A DNA stretch of 64,000 nucleotides from Blastocatellia bacterium (GCA_963765495.1 CAVXWP010000009.1:128001-192000); one strand, 5' to 3'; positions 51,434 through 63,281 are shown, numbered from the stretch's first letter. Translations and numbers: made by a program. The notes: a model not told the origin generated them from the sequence alone.

Positions 51434-51448
51434 GCAATTCCGGTGCCG
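51434..51448 (-). promoter_or_regulatory. Possible sigma54 promoter
   Basis: CGGCACCGGAATTGC ~70 nt upstream of the DUF347 gene. Confidence 0.55.
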
Positions 51449-51700
51449 CCATCTTCATCGGACAAACGACCTATATAGCCGAGTTATTAGTATTCTTCTC
51501 ACATTAGAATTATGAGTTGTCCAAATACTTGAGTTTATGATGGATTTCGCTTTTAAAATTATGCAATAACAATCAAACATTTTTTACGCTACTGGACTTG
51601 CAAAGAGCCTTCATTTTCACTGATTGTGTTGCCTTCTATGCCCTTTGAGACATTTATGGAACCGCTCTGTCCTATTCTTGTTAGGGTTCGGCCATACCAG

Positions 51701-51732
51701 TTAATCTTCTGTTCATCTGTGATGGTTACAAT
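51701..51732 (+). promoter_or_regulatory. OmpR/PhoP-type box plus -10 element
   Basis: TTAATCTTCTGTTCAT-N10-TACAAT; identical box at 53040. Confidence 0.65.
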
Positions 51733-51981
51733 GCAAGCAATATAGTGTCATCGTTGATCTACAGCTTAGCGATGACACTCAAGTCAGTGCCGCACCGCCA
51801 GTCTTATTTCGTTAGGTGGAAAGGATATCTATGCAGGGCTGCTTTCGTCCTCTTCCCCTGATGGGCATGATCACAATCTGTGAAAGCTATGCGCATACCT
51901 GTGCTAAACAACCATGGCGTCAGACCCCGATATTGACATTGCATAGAAGAAACTCAAAGCCCGACAGAAGGAGAGTAGGCT

Positions 51982-52935
51982 ATGAAAATCAATTCACCCT
52001 ATCGTCAAGCATTTCCCATCCTGTTTGTAATCTTTTCTCTGAATATGTTCGCCCCAGTCATTGATGGTCAAGAGCTTGCGCAGCCATCGAAGCCTGCCTT
52101 ATCTAATGAAGAAAAAGCGGCCCCCACGTGTTGCTCGAACACCGATTTGACCGAGACCGATAGCAGGCCGCAAGCGTCAAAAGCCCCCTCTGTGGCGTCC
52201 ACACAAACACGCCTTTCCATCGCGTCAAAAGAGTTCTTTAAAGACATACTGCACGACCAGGAGGTTATCTGGACAAGCCCGCTGCACATGAAGCGGAGTG
52301 ATAGCATATGGGTAGTTCCGTTTTTGGCAACGACAACGGTCATGCTTTTAACCGACAACAGAGTAGTAGCAAGTCTCGGTAATTCGGAGGATCTCATTGA
52401 CGATAGCCGAGATGTTTCACACCTCGGTTCCGGCTCCTCAACATTCGGCGCAGCTGGAACTCTCTACCTCCTGGGGCGGTTTACGCACAATGAAAGATTA
52501 AAAGAGACAGGATCGCTTGGGATAATAGCACTTATAGACAGTTCCATATTAGTCACCGGGCTCAAGTTTGCCACTGGCCGCGAGCGCCCTGATCGGGTAA
52601 TGGGAGACGGAGGTTTCTGGGATGGTGGAAGGTCATTTCCTTCCGGCCATGCAATAACGACCTGGTCATTGGCAACCGTAATAGCCAATCAATATCCTGA
52701 CAAACCATTAATAAGATTCGGAGCCTATGGGTTAGCCTCGGCGGTAAGTCTATCGAGGTTCACGGGGAAAAATCATTTTCCGTCAGATGTGCTGGTGGGT
52801 AGCGTGCTCGGGTATCTCATTGGGCGCTACACTGTAAAGCAGCACGGTGTTACTCACAGCAATCATCCGTTACCATCCTTACAGCCATACCTCAGCAAAT
52901 CTGCCAGGGGAGTCACTCTCTCATTTAGGTTTTGA
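51982..52935 (+). CDS. PAP2-family phosphatase
   Basis: KFATGRERP, SFPSGH and SRFTGKNHFPSDV motifs. Confidence 0.92.
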   Translation: MKINSPYRQAFPILFVIFSLNMFAPVIDGQELAQPSKPALSNEEKAAPTCCSNTDLTETDSRPQASKAPSVASTQTRLSIASKEFFKDILHDQEVIWTSPLHMKRSDSIWVVPFLATTTVMLLTDNRVVASLGNSEDLIDDSRDVSHLGSGSSTFGAAGTLYLLGRFTHNERLKETGSLGIIALIDSSILVTGLKFATGRERPDRVMGDGGFWDGGRSFPSGHAITTWSLATVIANQYPDKPLIRFGAYGLASAVSLSRFTGKNHFPSDVLVGSVLGYLIGRYTVKQHGVTHSNHPLPSLQPYLSKSARGVTLSFRF

Positions 52936-53039
52936 CGTGGTTGATAAGACTGTTGGTCGCACTTGATGTCTGAAGAAGTAGCTTCCATTCTTGAGGTTAC
53001 CTAATTGCTTGTGATCAAATCCGTTCTTGCGAACTAAAT

Positions 53040-53071
53040 TTAATCTTCTGTTCATTTTCCCCCAATAGAAT
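53040..53071 (+). promoter_or_regulatory. OmpR/PhoP-type box plus -10 element
   Basis: TTAATCTTCTGTTCAT-N10-TAGAAT. Confidence 0.65.
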
Positions 53072-53140
53072 TAATGCTGTTAGTTAATTTGCCGTTCAAT
53101 ATTGGCGGCAAAGCAATACAGATAAGGAAGGAATGTAACA

Positions 53141-53500
53141 ATGAAGAGTTTTATGAAGATTTCAATGAGTCTTGCATTGATGCTGGCGCTAGGACTTGCA
53201 GTTGCGGCAAGTGACAAGAAAAGCGACAAGAAACAACTTGAAAAAGAAGCCAAGATCACTATGAAAGAGGCGCGAGAAATTGCCTCAAAGAAAGTTCCTG
53301 GGAAAATAAAAGAAGGCGAGCTTGAGCGCGAGGATGGACAATTAATTTATTCCTTTGACATACAGACTAAAGCTGGAATAAAGGAAGTCCAGGTTGATGC
53401 CATCACTGGCGATGTGCTTAGCGTTGAGACCGAGACTAAGGCAGATGAAGCCAAAGAGAAGGCCGCCGAACATAAGGCCACGCAGAAAAAAAAGAACTAG
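53141..53500 (+). CDS. Secreted PepSY-domain protein
   Basis: KIT..EA..IA...VPG.I.E.ELE.EDG.LIYSF.I....EV.VDA.TG.VL. Confidence 0.92.
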   Translation: MKSFMKISMSLALMLALGLAVAASDKKSDKKQLEKEAKITMKEAREIASKKVPGKIKEGELEREDGQLIYSFDIQTKAGIKEVQVDAITGDVLSVETETKADEAKEKAAEHKATQKKKN

Positions 53501-53724
53501 TCAGGAAAACAATGATTGATAAGCAGAATATCTCTTGTAGATAGGCCCTGTGAACAAGCAATCATTTCGTGTCTGTGTGGTAAACAAACATCGTTTCACT
53601 TTTCGGGGAGCGCAAGCTCCCCATGAAATCCCATACAGCCGAAGTCTCGCATCCTAAATCGGTATTTCATTTGAAGCGCTTTCAACATGAGAGCGTCGCC
53701 GTTTATCTCAGAACCCTGTGTTGA

Positions 53725-54000
53725 TTAAGGCCACGGCTCCCAATTCCAGATCATCGGGAAGGTAACCACTCCAGCCGCAGCGCCGCTTAGACTTCCACCT
53801 GGCCCAAGCATCACATCCGTCACGCCGCTCACAATCTGTCCCGTTGGAACAAGCTCCATCCAGTCGCTCTCGTCGCTAGGATCACTCGCTTTTGTCGAGT
53901 AATACATGTGACAAATCGCCCCTCTTCGCTGCAATCTTACATAGCGCCCTGAATCACTGCTCACGGTCTCGGCCTGCGTCGCCGCCAGGTCGAACACGAC
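53725..54000 (-). pseudogene. Remnant 'A1': C-terminus of a phage structural/tail-like gene, duplicated at 60790-61040
   Basis: QAETVSSDSGRYVRLQRRGAI.H.YYSTKASDP.DE shared by both copies. Confidence 0.65.
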
Positions 54001-54241
54001 AAAAGGATCAGGCACGAAAGCTGGTTTCTGTTTACTACTGGAGATTGGCAGATGCCAGGAAGTCTTCGCAGAATTGATTATCGGACGAGTCCCGTTCGGG
54101 CAGATATTCGATCCCCCCGGATCAGATTCAGAGGCTTTCGGGCGCTTCGGTTTCACCCTGTTTTGTACAAACCCCTTTCTGAAATTTATGAGAAAGAATC
54201 AACCGCAAATTCTAACGCGGAAATCTCTCACTATGGATAGA

Positions 54242-54415
54242 TCAACCTGCCATTACTATGGTCCTGAGATAGACTGGATTCGCCTTGTCAGCGGCAAGCT
54301 CGCGCCGGTCGATCCGCGCGCTGAAAAGGTAGATGGCAAGAATCTGCTCATCTTCCCGAATGGAGTAACAGCCGGGGAGCATCTGGAATTCCAGAGCCGC
54401 TACACTAATCATCAT
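54242..54415 (-). CDS. Small hypothetical protein 'B2' (~57 aa)
   Basis: MMISVAALEFQMLPGCYSIREDEQILAIYLFSARIDRRELAADKANPVYLRTIVMAG; several differences from B1 are synonymous in this frame. Confidence 0.45.
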   Translation of the reverse strand: MMISVAALEFQMLPGCYSIREDEQILAIYLFSARIDRRELAADKANPVYLRTIVMAG

Positions 54416-54903
54416 GTGACTTATAGTCGAAGAGAAACCGACTGCTTAACAAGGCAGGAATCTGCAAGGCGAGATACCGAAAGCCTTTTTCCTCATTTGC
54501 AAGCGTTCTACAAAGATTGGGTGATACTATAAATGTCCAAACGATTTTGTCGGACAGACACCACCAGACATCGAAAACTGCCCAAATACCTCTCAAGGTG
54601 ACATTATAGTTGAAATTCTATTTTAGTTGATATGAGCAATTTCTAAGAAAACCACAGGGTCGGGATGATCGCATGAAACAAAAGAATTATTTTGTTTCAT
54701 TGCAATTGCTAAATGTATTGACTTGAGCAGCCTCGCCTTGCATAGCCTCCGAATTAGACACTTCAACCGATTTGTCCAATTAGGGCTAACGAGAGGGAGC
54801 GTGCGATGAACCCATATAAGAGCTATCTTCGCTTTATTCTCCAACAGTACCTGTCTTACCTTCTCCATCTCGCTTGTAGTTCACAATAATGATGCCCAGG
54901 TAT

Positions 54904-55785
54904 CTATTGCTTTTGGGGCTTCGCATCGAGAAAGTCGTTCACTATCGGGACGATAATGAACCTGCGGTTCATCAGCGTAACGTGTGTTGTGTCGGGCAAA
55001 ATTGCCAATCTCGATGCCGAGCGCGGCTGCATGTCGCCATGGATCTCGCCGCCCCCCTTCAGCCGGTACATTTCCGCGATGTGATCGAGCCGCACGCCGT
55101 CAGCGTCGCCGAAGATGAAAAACATCGGCGCTTTAGTGGCTTTGAGTTTGTCGGCGCCGAAGTCGTATGGTCTCAAAGCCTGCGCTTTGATGTGATTGAC
55201 AAAATCCGGGAATTTTTCAGGCGTCGGGCTTAGCCTCTTATATTCGGCTTCTATGGGAGTGCCTTTGAACACTTCCCACGTGAATGTTGGCCAAAAGTCG
55301 TTCGCTTCCTTGACCCAGCCGTCGCGGCGGATCGGGGCTGAAATACTGACAACCTTACGCACTTTTTCCGGATGGCGGATCGCACATTGGATAGCGACGC
55401 CGCCGCCAAGGCTGTAACCGATGATGTCCGCGCTTGGGATCTTGAGGTAATCGAGCAGCCCCGCCACATCGTCGGCGAGGTTTTCATAAGTAAGTTCGCG
55501 GTTGATGTCGGCGGTACGCCCGTGACCCTGCATTTCGATGGCAATCACTTTCCGCGTTTTGGAAAGTTCGCCGATCCAATCATTCCAGTCGCCTGAAATC
55601 GCCATGAACGCGCCGTGGAGCAATACCACAGGCTCACCACTCCCGTGGATCTCGTAATACATTTTGAGACCGCCCACCGGCGCATAGCCCGTAGTTGGTT
55701 TTTGCTGCCCCAATACGCCCCCCGACAGAAACACCGTCAGCACCATCGCCAGAAAAAAAGCTGTTGTCTTCATATTTGGATTCAT
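54904..55785 (-). CDS. Alpha/beta hydrolase
   Basis: LLHGA, QGHGRT, GYSLGG nucleophile elbow, GDAD and PDTTH. Confidence 0.92.
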   Translation of the reverse strand: MNPNMKTTAFFLAMVLTVFLSGGVLGQQKPTTGYAPVGGLKMYYEIHGSGEPVVLLHGAFMAISGDWNDWIGELSKTRKVIAIEMQGHGRTADINRELTYENLADDVAGLLDYLKIPSADIIGYSLGGGVAIQCAIRHPEKVRKVVSISAPIRRDGWVKEANDFWPTFTWEVFKGTPIEAEYKRLSPTPEKFPDFVNHIKAQALRPYDFGADKLKATKAPMFFIFGDADGVRLDHIAEMYRLKGGGEIHGDMQPRSASRLAILPDTTHVTLMNRRFIIVPIVNDFLDAKPQKQ

Positions 55786-55889
55786 ATTAATGACCTTTCT
55801 CACGCGGCGAATACGTCTCTAACGAAAGCTGAGATCGCCGCCGAAAAAACCAGTGGTCGGTCTTCCTTCCGACCGACCACACGAAAAAC

Positions 55890-56336
55890 TTATTTCATCA
55901 GGCCGCCTTTTTCATTCTGAGCCTCAAATCCATATCGTATTGCCGCTTCAAGTATTTCAATGTTTATATCTTTTAGAGTTTTGAACCTAATGCAATAGCC
56001 GGTCACGCTCGCCTTGCCGAGTTCTTTTCCATATGTCTGGGCTAAGTATTTCTTATCTTCGATACCAAGGATATAGACAGAGATTCCGGGTTTATTTGCG
56101 CTCAAACCAATTTGATAAAACTCTCTGGTTGTTCCATCAGCATATTTTATAGTGTGAAGTCCGTATCCTATATTAGGATTAGAAACAGTTCTATTTTCAC
56201 TGTTTTTACCATCTAAGAACCATAATTTACATGCTGGCATTACTTCCAGAATGATGCAGTGCAACGCTTGCATGTCGCTGCGTTTTGGTTCAGGTTGGCT
56301 GGTAATATACTTTTGGATCTGTTCTTGTACGTTCAT
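55890..56336 (-). CDS. DUF1801 (YdhG-like) protein
   Basis: NIGYG...Y..G, GISVYI, LGKA......CIRFK.L.DI. Confidence 0.85.
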   Translation of the reverse strand: MNVQEQIQKYITSQPEPKRSDMQALHCIILEVMPACKLWFLDGKNSENRTVSNPNIGYGLHTIKYADGTTREFYQIGLSANKPGISVYILGIEDKKYLAQTYGKELGKASVTGYCIRFKTLKDINIEILEAAIRYGFEAQNEKGGLMK

Positions 56337-56440
56337 ATAAAATATAAGATTACGGGTTGCTTACTTTGCCTTTTCAAATCTCGCCCGCTTCAATTTTACT
56401 GCATCAGTCGGTTCGGTTTAGCGTTTCGTGTCGACGATTC

Positions 56441-57036
<596 letters not shown>

Positions 57037-57037
<1 letters not shown>

Positions 57038-57549
57038 TATTTTATTTCCTTTGGTTGCGATAATTGTGTCAGCAGATCTTCCAGGTTGTTCAATGTCATT
57101 TTGAACCCTTCGCTGAAGCCCATTTCAATCATCTTCTCCATACGGGCAAGGGATTCGTTGTAAATAGAAACACGCACGGTTGTAGTTCCGTTTTGTTCGC
57201 TGAAATTCAGATCCCAATCAGAACCTGGCAATTCAGGGTTTTCATCTTTGTCTGCAAAAGCATTAAAGATCTTGAAATTGGTTTTGGGACTAATGGAAGT
57301 ATATTTCTGAATTGACCATCGTTCTTCTCCTTCCGGGCTCACCATTGCATAAAATCTTCGTCCGCCAACTTTGAAATCCATATATTTTGTTTTTGATACC
57401 CAGGGTCGCGGAGCCCACCATTGGTCAAGAATTTCTGGTTTGGTAAATGCATCCCATACCAGCGAAAGTTCGGCGGCAAATTCTCTGATTACCGATACCG
57501 TTTTTGTCGCTTTGTTTACTGTAAATTCAAATGGTAAATTGTTTTTCAT
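57037..57549 (-). CDS. SRPBCC/AHSA1 domain protein
   Basis: REFAA...VWDAFT.PE.L.QWW.P, DFKVGG. Confidence 0.9.
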
Positions 57550-57872
57550 TTCTTTTCTCCTTTCATGGTTGCCAATACTTCGTCGAGTTGGCTAAAGCGT
57601 TGTTCCCACAGTTCGCGGAAAGGCTCAATAAAATCAGCAATTTCTTTAATTTTTTCAGGATTTAAGTGGTAATAAATTTCCCGTCCTGCTTGCTCTGCTT
57701 CGAGCAATTCGCACTCGGTTAGAATGTGAAGATGTTTGGAAACGGTCGGACGCGCGGTGTCAAAATTTGCCGCGATTGCACCTGCAGTCATTGATTGGGC
57801 AGCCACCAACAAAAGTATCGCCCGTCTGGTCGGGTCGGCAATGGCTTGGAAAACGTCTCGTCTTAGATTCAT
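57546..57872 (-). CDS. ArsR/SmtB-family regulator
   Basis: [28 protein letters not shown]. Confidence 0.92.
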   Translation of the reverse strand: MNLRRDVFQAIADPTRRAILLLVAAQSMTAGAIAANFDTARPTVSKHLHILTECELLEAEQAGREIYYHLNPEKIKEIADFIEPFRELWEQRFSQLDEVLATMKGEKK

Positions 57873-57875
57873 AAA

Positions 57876-57924
57876 TGTAGCCACCTGACTACGCATAGTT
57901 TATATAAAGTCAAATGGCTACGCA
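57876..57924. promoter_or_regulatory. Probable ArsR operator (tandem imperfect palindromes)
   Basis: GTAGCCACCTGACTAC and AAAGTCAAATGGCTAC directly upstream of the arsR-like gene. Confidence 0.6.
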
Positions 57925-58776
57925 AGCGTGAAAAGTGTTTTAAGTAAAGTTAGGAAGGCTCGCGTCCTGGGCTGGCAAAAGGATTGCTTTCATGGACGGA
58001 TAATGTCGCATGAGACGCCAAACCACAACAATTCGTGGCTGTTACCACAGTCGCAGGCTCTGCCCACGACTGCTTGTATTCTTAATCTCACGCGAAATTC
58101 TCCACCGGTGCAGATAATCAAAGCGGCCAGTGCAATATGACCATTTTTGACAATTACATAGGAACACTAAATTTATAATGGCTATTTAGACAAAATAACT
58201 CTAGTGTCTAATTGGCTTCCACTAGAACAGTGAATCTCAAATGCCTTTTTGATAAACACGAGCGAGGAAATTTCACTGTAATGTCCAATTGGTATCAGAC
58301 CTTGGTATGTTATACTGATGTAACAGAAAAGCTGAAGTGTTTCGTTCAACTTGAATTTAGACAATGCCAAGACGACAACGACACAAACTTCCTCAGACGA
58401 TCTCATCGAGAGCGTAATCACTCAACTCCAACACTACTTATGCTTCCATGATGACTACTGCCGCCATACTGCATTTGCGATCAGCCCAAACGACAATCCT
58501 GCCGATCCCAAACATACGCCGGCAGCGATCCAGTTGTAATTGAAGAATCAGAAAACGGCTACAACGAAGCTTGCAAATCCACAAACCTTTCCACAGATTA
58601 TTGCAATGCCTTCGATTGTCTGTGCTTTCTCCATATCTATGGACGGGAACATTTGAATTGGGCCGTCATTACAGCGGTTTGCAATCGAACGAAGAGACAG
58701 GATCGTTAGGAGGACACTTATAAACCTTGGAAAAAAGAAAAACTCTATTCACTCGTTTGCAAACCGCTGTAGAGTA

Positions 58777-59226
58777 TTATTCGCCCACCAGCCTTAGAGC
58801 TTCCTCTTTCAGGCTTTGACCGATGTAGAACCCGTTGGTCTCCAATTCTTCGATCAGTGGTCTTACCTGTGAAATTATGTGAGATTGTCTCGCTTTCACA
58901 AGCACTCCGATTGTCCCAATAATCTTCAGGTCAATGTTTCGAGCCACAGCCCGCGCCTGACGATCATCAACAATGATTCGCTGTTGTAATTCACTGGCCA
59001 GAGCTATTGCTTCTGCTTCGCCGTCATCCACCAGTATTTTCAACGTATCTATGAGCGCAATGTCAGTCGGGGCCTGTACCCTGAGCCACGGCAATGAAAT
59101 TCCAAATTCTTTAGCCACTTCCGGGGGTATAGTTACTGGCTCAAACAACTCTGAGAGTAGATCAAGATGTTCTATCCGCTCAAGCCCGATAAGACACGTA
59201 CTGTCAGTTATGACAGGCTCTTTCAC
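58777..59226 (-). CDS. DUF3368 PIN-domain protein (putative toxin)
   Basis: VITDSTCLI, GEAEAIALA, IVDD..AR, GTIGVL. Confidence 0.88.
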   Translation of the reverse strand: MKEPVITDSTCLIGLERIEHLDLLSELFEPVTIPPEVAKEFGISLPWLRVQAPTDIALIDTLKILVDDGEAEAIALASELQQRIIVDDRQARAVARNIDLKIIGTIGVLVKARQSHIISQVRPLIEELETNGFYIGQSLKEEALRLVGE

Positions 59227-59450
59227 AAACCAATTTCCTCTCGCAGTTCATCAGCAGAGTAATTAAAGACGGGAACCTGATGCCGGCCAAGTATTTCCAT
59301 AAAGGCCCTCTTGGAAAACCCCGCCAGATTAGCAGCCTGACCAAGAGAAACCCTTCCAACCTCATAGAGTTTGACGGCAAGCAGGAGTTTGGTTTCCTCC
59401 TGCGAAAGCGTAGATGGAATACTTATTTTCATCTCTTTAGTGTTTAACAT
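59223..59450 (-). CDS. UPF0175-family protein (putative antitoxin)
   Basis: LAVKLYE.GRVSLGQAA.LAG.S...FMEIL; ATGA-type overlap with the PIN gene. Confidence 0.88.
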   Translation of the reverse strand: MLNTKEMKISIPSTLSQEETKLLLAVKLYEVGRVSLGQAANLAGFSKRAFMEILGRHQVPVFNYSADELREEIGL

Positions 59451-59703
59451 AGTCAATTCATTTCTAACACGCGCTACATTGGCTTTCAAGGGATTATCGG
59501 GGAGGGCATAAAGCCTGACAATGCGATAGACGCCCCGTAGAGCTAATGATTCTACGCACAGCAAGACAATCAAACCGGAAAGCAGAATTGTTTAAAATGA
59601 ACTCCTGCACGAGACAGTATTAACTCCTTTCGTAAGATACCTATCTCTATTGACGTCCGAATGTGGCTGTAGTATAGCTTTGCCCGTTCGTAGGAGAACA
59701 ACC

Positions 59704-60768
59704 ATGACAGCCCCGGATACACTCAACCCACCGCAAGAGACTGCCTTCAAATGTGACTATAAGGATGAGATAGCCTTAGCCTGTGAGGGTCAGGCTTTCT
59801 ATAAAGAACACGAAGGCAAGCAGTACTGTGTGCTTCACTATCCGGGCAAAGAAAAGAGCGCGGATTTCGATGAAGCCCTAAAGAGTAAGCTAGAGAATAA
59901 AGACTTCAATTTTTGTGGAGTATGGTTCCCCGATAATGTGGACTTTCGCAAATTTGAATTCAGCGCGTCGGCGTACTTCCGATCTGCCACATTCAGCGCG
60001 TCGGCGTACTTCCGATCTGCCACATTCAAAGATCAGATCAGTTTTGCAGGAGAAGGTACAAATCGGGTCTTTGGTGAAAATTCTACGGTTGATTTCCAAT
60101 TTGCTCGCATAGAAAAGCCCAATCATGCTTCCTTCCATACGGTCACGCTCTCACCAACATGGTTCATCAACATAGATGCGAGCAGGTTCAGTTTTATTGA
60201 CGTAGAGTGGAATAACCGCAGCACTAAACAAGAAATCACAGCTTTGCAATCAAGAGAGATTCAATCACCCCATCAACTGCTTTCGATAGCCTATCGCAAT
60301 CTGGCAGACAACACCGAAGATAATCACCACTACAGTGACGCCTCAATGTTTCGCTACAAGGCGATGGATGCGCTCAGGCTTAGAAGATGGCGCGGCTTTG
60401 CTGTCTGGTCATTGGGCTGGTGGTACTGGAGCGCAAGCGGCTACGGTGAACAAATATGGCGCGCATTCATCATGCTGATAGTAGTATGGGCTTTCTTCGT
60501 TCCTTTTTTCTGGCAGGCTCCATTCATCGAGCGAGTTCAGAGGCCCTTGAACCCAAACGAAACACCTCCTGCTCCCTACGGCGAGCAGGTGATCCCAAAG
60601 GATTTTGGAAGCTCATGCATTTACAGTTTTGGTGTAATGACATTGCAAAAGCCGGAGCCTCGCCCCGTCAAAAAGACCACGAAAGCAATTATCATCTTCG
60701 AGACAATCCTAGGCCCCTTGCAAGCTGCGCTGCTTGCCCTCGCGGTTCGTAGAAAGTTTATGCGATGA
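59704..60768 (+). CDS. Pentapeptide-like (F..A.F) repeat protein with C-terminal two-TM, pore-loop-like membrane domain
   Basis: YCVLH, FRSATFSASAY repeats, SGYGE motif, TM-YSFGVMT-TM ending ALAVRRKF; AGGAGA RBS. Confidence 0.75.
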   Translation: MTAPDTLNPPQETAFKCDYKDEIALACEGQAFYKEHEGKQYCVLHYPGKEKSADFDEALKSKLENKDFNFCGVWFPDNVDFRKFEFSASAYFRSATFSASAYFRSATFKDQISFAGEGTNRVFGENSTVDFQFARIEKPNHASFHTVTLSPTWFINIDASRFSFIDVEWNNRSTKQEITALQSREIQSPHQLLSIAYRNLADNTEDNHHYSDASMFRYKAMDALRLRRWRGFAVWSLGWWYWSASGYGEQIWRAFIMLIVVWAFFVPFFWQAPFIERVQRPLNPNETPPAPYGEQVIPKDFGSSCIYSFGVMTLQKPEPRPVKKTTKAIIIFETILGPLQAALLALAVRRKFMR

Positions 60769-60789
60769 ATTATTGCGATCTGTTCTCAG

Positions 60790-61648
60790 CCGGTCCACGG
60801 CTCCCAATTCCAGATCATTGGAAAGGTAATCACGCCGATAGCCGCGCTGCTCGAACTTCCACCCGGCCCGACCATTACATCATCAGCGCCGCTCACTATC
60901 TGGCCACTTGGCACAAGCTCTTCTCATCAGTAGGATCACTCGCCTTTGTCGAGTAATAGGTGTGAAAGATTGCCCCTCTTCTCTGCAATCTCACATAGCG
61001 CCCTGAATCGCTGCTGACAGTCTCAACCTGCGCCGCTGCATCATATTGATCAATCCTTGTGAACACAGCCGCGCCATCATTTCTCACGCAAATGTAAACA
61101 CCAAAACCTGATTCGAATCGAGCGCCAATGAACCCTCTGTAAGTCGGAGGCCCGGCCACGACATCAACCGCCGCCCACACATCGAAGTCTTTCATCACAT
61201 CCTGATAGAGCAATGCCCCATCACCAGCGAGTGCAGCAACGGCAGGCGCAAGCTCAAGCTCGCCTTTCTTATTCACCGAAAAGCCCGCCCCGCTTGCGAC
61301 CCAGAATGGATCGATCACCTCATGCTCGAAATCATCAGGAATGAACCACGCTATCTCTTTACATAGCGCAGTCTTTGTGTTGCTCTCAGGCGCGATCTGC
61401 ACCACCTCCAGCACGCGCATCTCTCCGACTGGCCCCTTCAGGATATCGCCTACGATCACATCAGCGTTCGAAGAAACACGCACTCCGCAAGTGTACGCTC
61501 TCGACCTCACCCCACGCGCCAGCACTTCGCTCATTCCGACTTCGCCGCGCAGTACCCGAACCCATGCTGGCGAGATATTAATCATCTCCCCACCGTAGCG
61601 AATCCGCGTAAACGAAGCTCGCGCCCAAGGTATAGATGTTCTTCGCAT
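60790..61648 (-). pseudogene. Remnant 'A2': phage structural/tail-like gene with a disrupted C-terminus
   Basis: Homologous to 53725-54000; reading frame breaks near 60930. Confidence 0.55.
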
Positions 61649-61661
61649 AAGCTGAAAATAT

Positions 61662-61745
61662 AACCACGAAACACACCAATCACACGAAACCAGGACATCA
61701 GAGGACCATCTGATCTTTTTCGTGTGTTTCGTGTGTTTCGTGGTT
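61662..61745. repeat. Inverted nonamer element (CACACGAAA/TTTCGTGTG)
   Basis: aaccacgaaacacaccaatcacacgaaa ... tttcgtgtgtttcgtgtgtttcgtggtt. Confidence 0.85.
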
Positions 61746-61766
61746 AGTTATCAAGGCAAGCCCCCG

Positions 61767-62054
61767 CTATGGAATCCGCTTAACCTGGTCAGTGTCGCCC
61801 ACGATCCCGGCAAATCTCCCGAACCCCGCAAGATCGGAAGCGTATTGTGTGGCGTTGAACTGACCATACAGTGTCAGGTCCATCCGATAGCCGCCTCGCA
61901 GCTTCCCTTTCGGCAGGATCACATAGATGCCGCTTCCTGCACCGGCTGCCGGTACGTGTACGCTCATCACCGGACGGATGCGGAACTTCAACCGCTGCTT
62001 GCCTGCTGCCTGTTGAATCGCAAAGTCGGTGTTTGTCCGCAGCACTCCATCCAC
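61767..62054 (-). pseudogene. Probable 3' fragment of a phage-like gene
   Basis: Minus-strand frame co-oriented with A2; abuts the truncated ArdC remnant. Confidence 0.35.
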
Positions 62055-62078
62055 TTCACCGGCCTTCTCTGGTGCGTA

Positions 62079-62406
62079 GTACGCTACAGCCCGCCGGTCA
62101 ATCGCAATCTCACCGCTCGCGGCTTTGCCTCACAAGACTCTATTTCACGAATGCGGGCATATCCTGCTAGGCCACACAACAGAGGCAGACTTTAACGACG
62201 CGGCCACACTCCCGAAATCTTTGCGCGAAGCCGAAGCCGAAGCGGTCGCCCTTCTTTGTCTCGATGCTCTCGATCTCGACGGGGCCGACTTTTGCAGAGG
62301 TTACATACAAAACTGGCTCGCGGGTGAGCCGATCCCCGAACGAAGCGCACAGCGGATATTCACCGCAGCAGATCAGATCATCAAGGCCGGTCAGCTTCCG
62401 GCCTGA
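62079..62406 (+). pseudogene. ArdC-like zincin (anti-restriction) C-terminal remnant
   Basis: YATARRSIAISPLAALPHKTLFHECGH...LREAEAEAVA...GYIQNW...RIFTAADQIIKAG; N-terminal ssDNA-binding half absent. Confidence 0.75.
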
Positions 62407-62556
62407 TCAGAAGGCATCGAGCTATGAAACGCATCAAGCGACTAATTCACGAATTGAAACATTGGGGACCGGGCGCGGGTTGGGTGATGCTCACCCGCGT
62501 CTGGCTCCCTAATAAAATCGCCCGGATCAGATGGGCACGCACCCAGAGGAGGATAG

Positions 62557-62814
62557 ATGCAAAACGAGCCAACAGAGAAAGAGAAACGAGAGAGGATGAT
62601 TGACCTGGCTATTTCCGGCCTGATCACCGCAGCCGAGGCTGTCGTCGAAGATGCCGCTAATAACGGTCAGCCATCCTTGGCCTCGCTTCTCTACCTCAGT
62701 CACAAGGTTGTAACCGCGCGAATCGTGATGGGATCTCCAATTCCCACAACCGCTATCACCTGGCATTTTCCAGATGGCAGTAAACGGAGGATGAACAATG
62801 CGAAATTATCCTGA
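62557..62814 (+). CDS. Hypothetical phage-type protein
   Basis: GAGGAGG RBS; part of the operon leading to xis/int. Confidence 0.6.
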   Translation: MQNEPTEKEKRERMIDLAISGLITAAEAVVEDAANNGQPSLASLLYLSHKVVTARIVMGSPIPTTAITWHFPDGSKRRMNNAKLS

Positions 62815-63160
62815 TGAAATCCACGCCAAACGACTTGAGCTTATTGAACTCAACGAGCAGATCAGAGATTTGCGCGAAGATCAGAAGAAGATCGAGACAC
62901 AAGAGACTATAGAAGTCCTCTATGCAAAAGGTGACAACGACAAGCCGAGATACACCAACGACACACAGCGCGGCCTCGCACTCGATCAGGCATTAGGAGC
63001 AAACGGCACATATCAAGTTCAAAAGGTTGATCTGCAAAACCTCGAAAGGAAACGGGAAGAGTTAAACGCGGAAATCGAGCGCCTGCGTGATCTGTTCAAG
63101 ATCGAGAAGATAGAAAGATGGGAGGCAATCAGCGAGAAGATGGCAAACGCCGCAATCTGA
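62798..63160 (+). CDS. Coiled-coil phage-type protein
   Basis: GGAGG RBS; coiled coil with YTNDTQR motif. Confidence 0.65.
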   Translation: MRNYPDEIHAKRLELIELNEQIRDLREDQKKIETQETIEVLYAKGDNDKPRYTNDTQRGLALDQALGANGTYQVQKVDLQNLERKREELNAEIERLRDLFKIEKIERWEAISEKMANAAI

Positions 63161-63281
63161 TTTGCGAGCCGCAGCCCTCAGAAGTGTTAAGGCCCGACTC
63201 GCAACCACCACGAAGCGAGCCGGGCCAGAACAACCAACATTCAGTTTTGAATGGAGCAACGATAACAGACGGAGGTGATAA

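Noticed and set aside
54074-54532. 152-aa plus-strand ORF
   Set aside because: Comparison with the duplicate at 48959 favours a short minus-strand reading frame; the plus-strand ORF lacks motifs.
58140-58700. Short ORFs in an AT-rich stretch
   Set aside because: Fragmentary, with internal stops and no recognisable family; probably decayed cargo.
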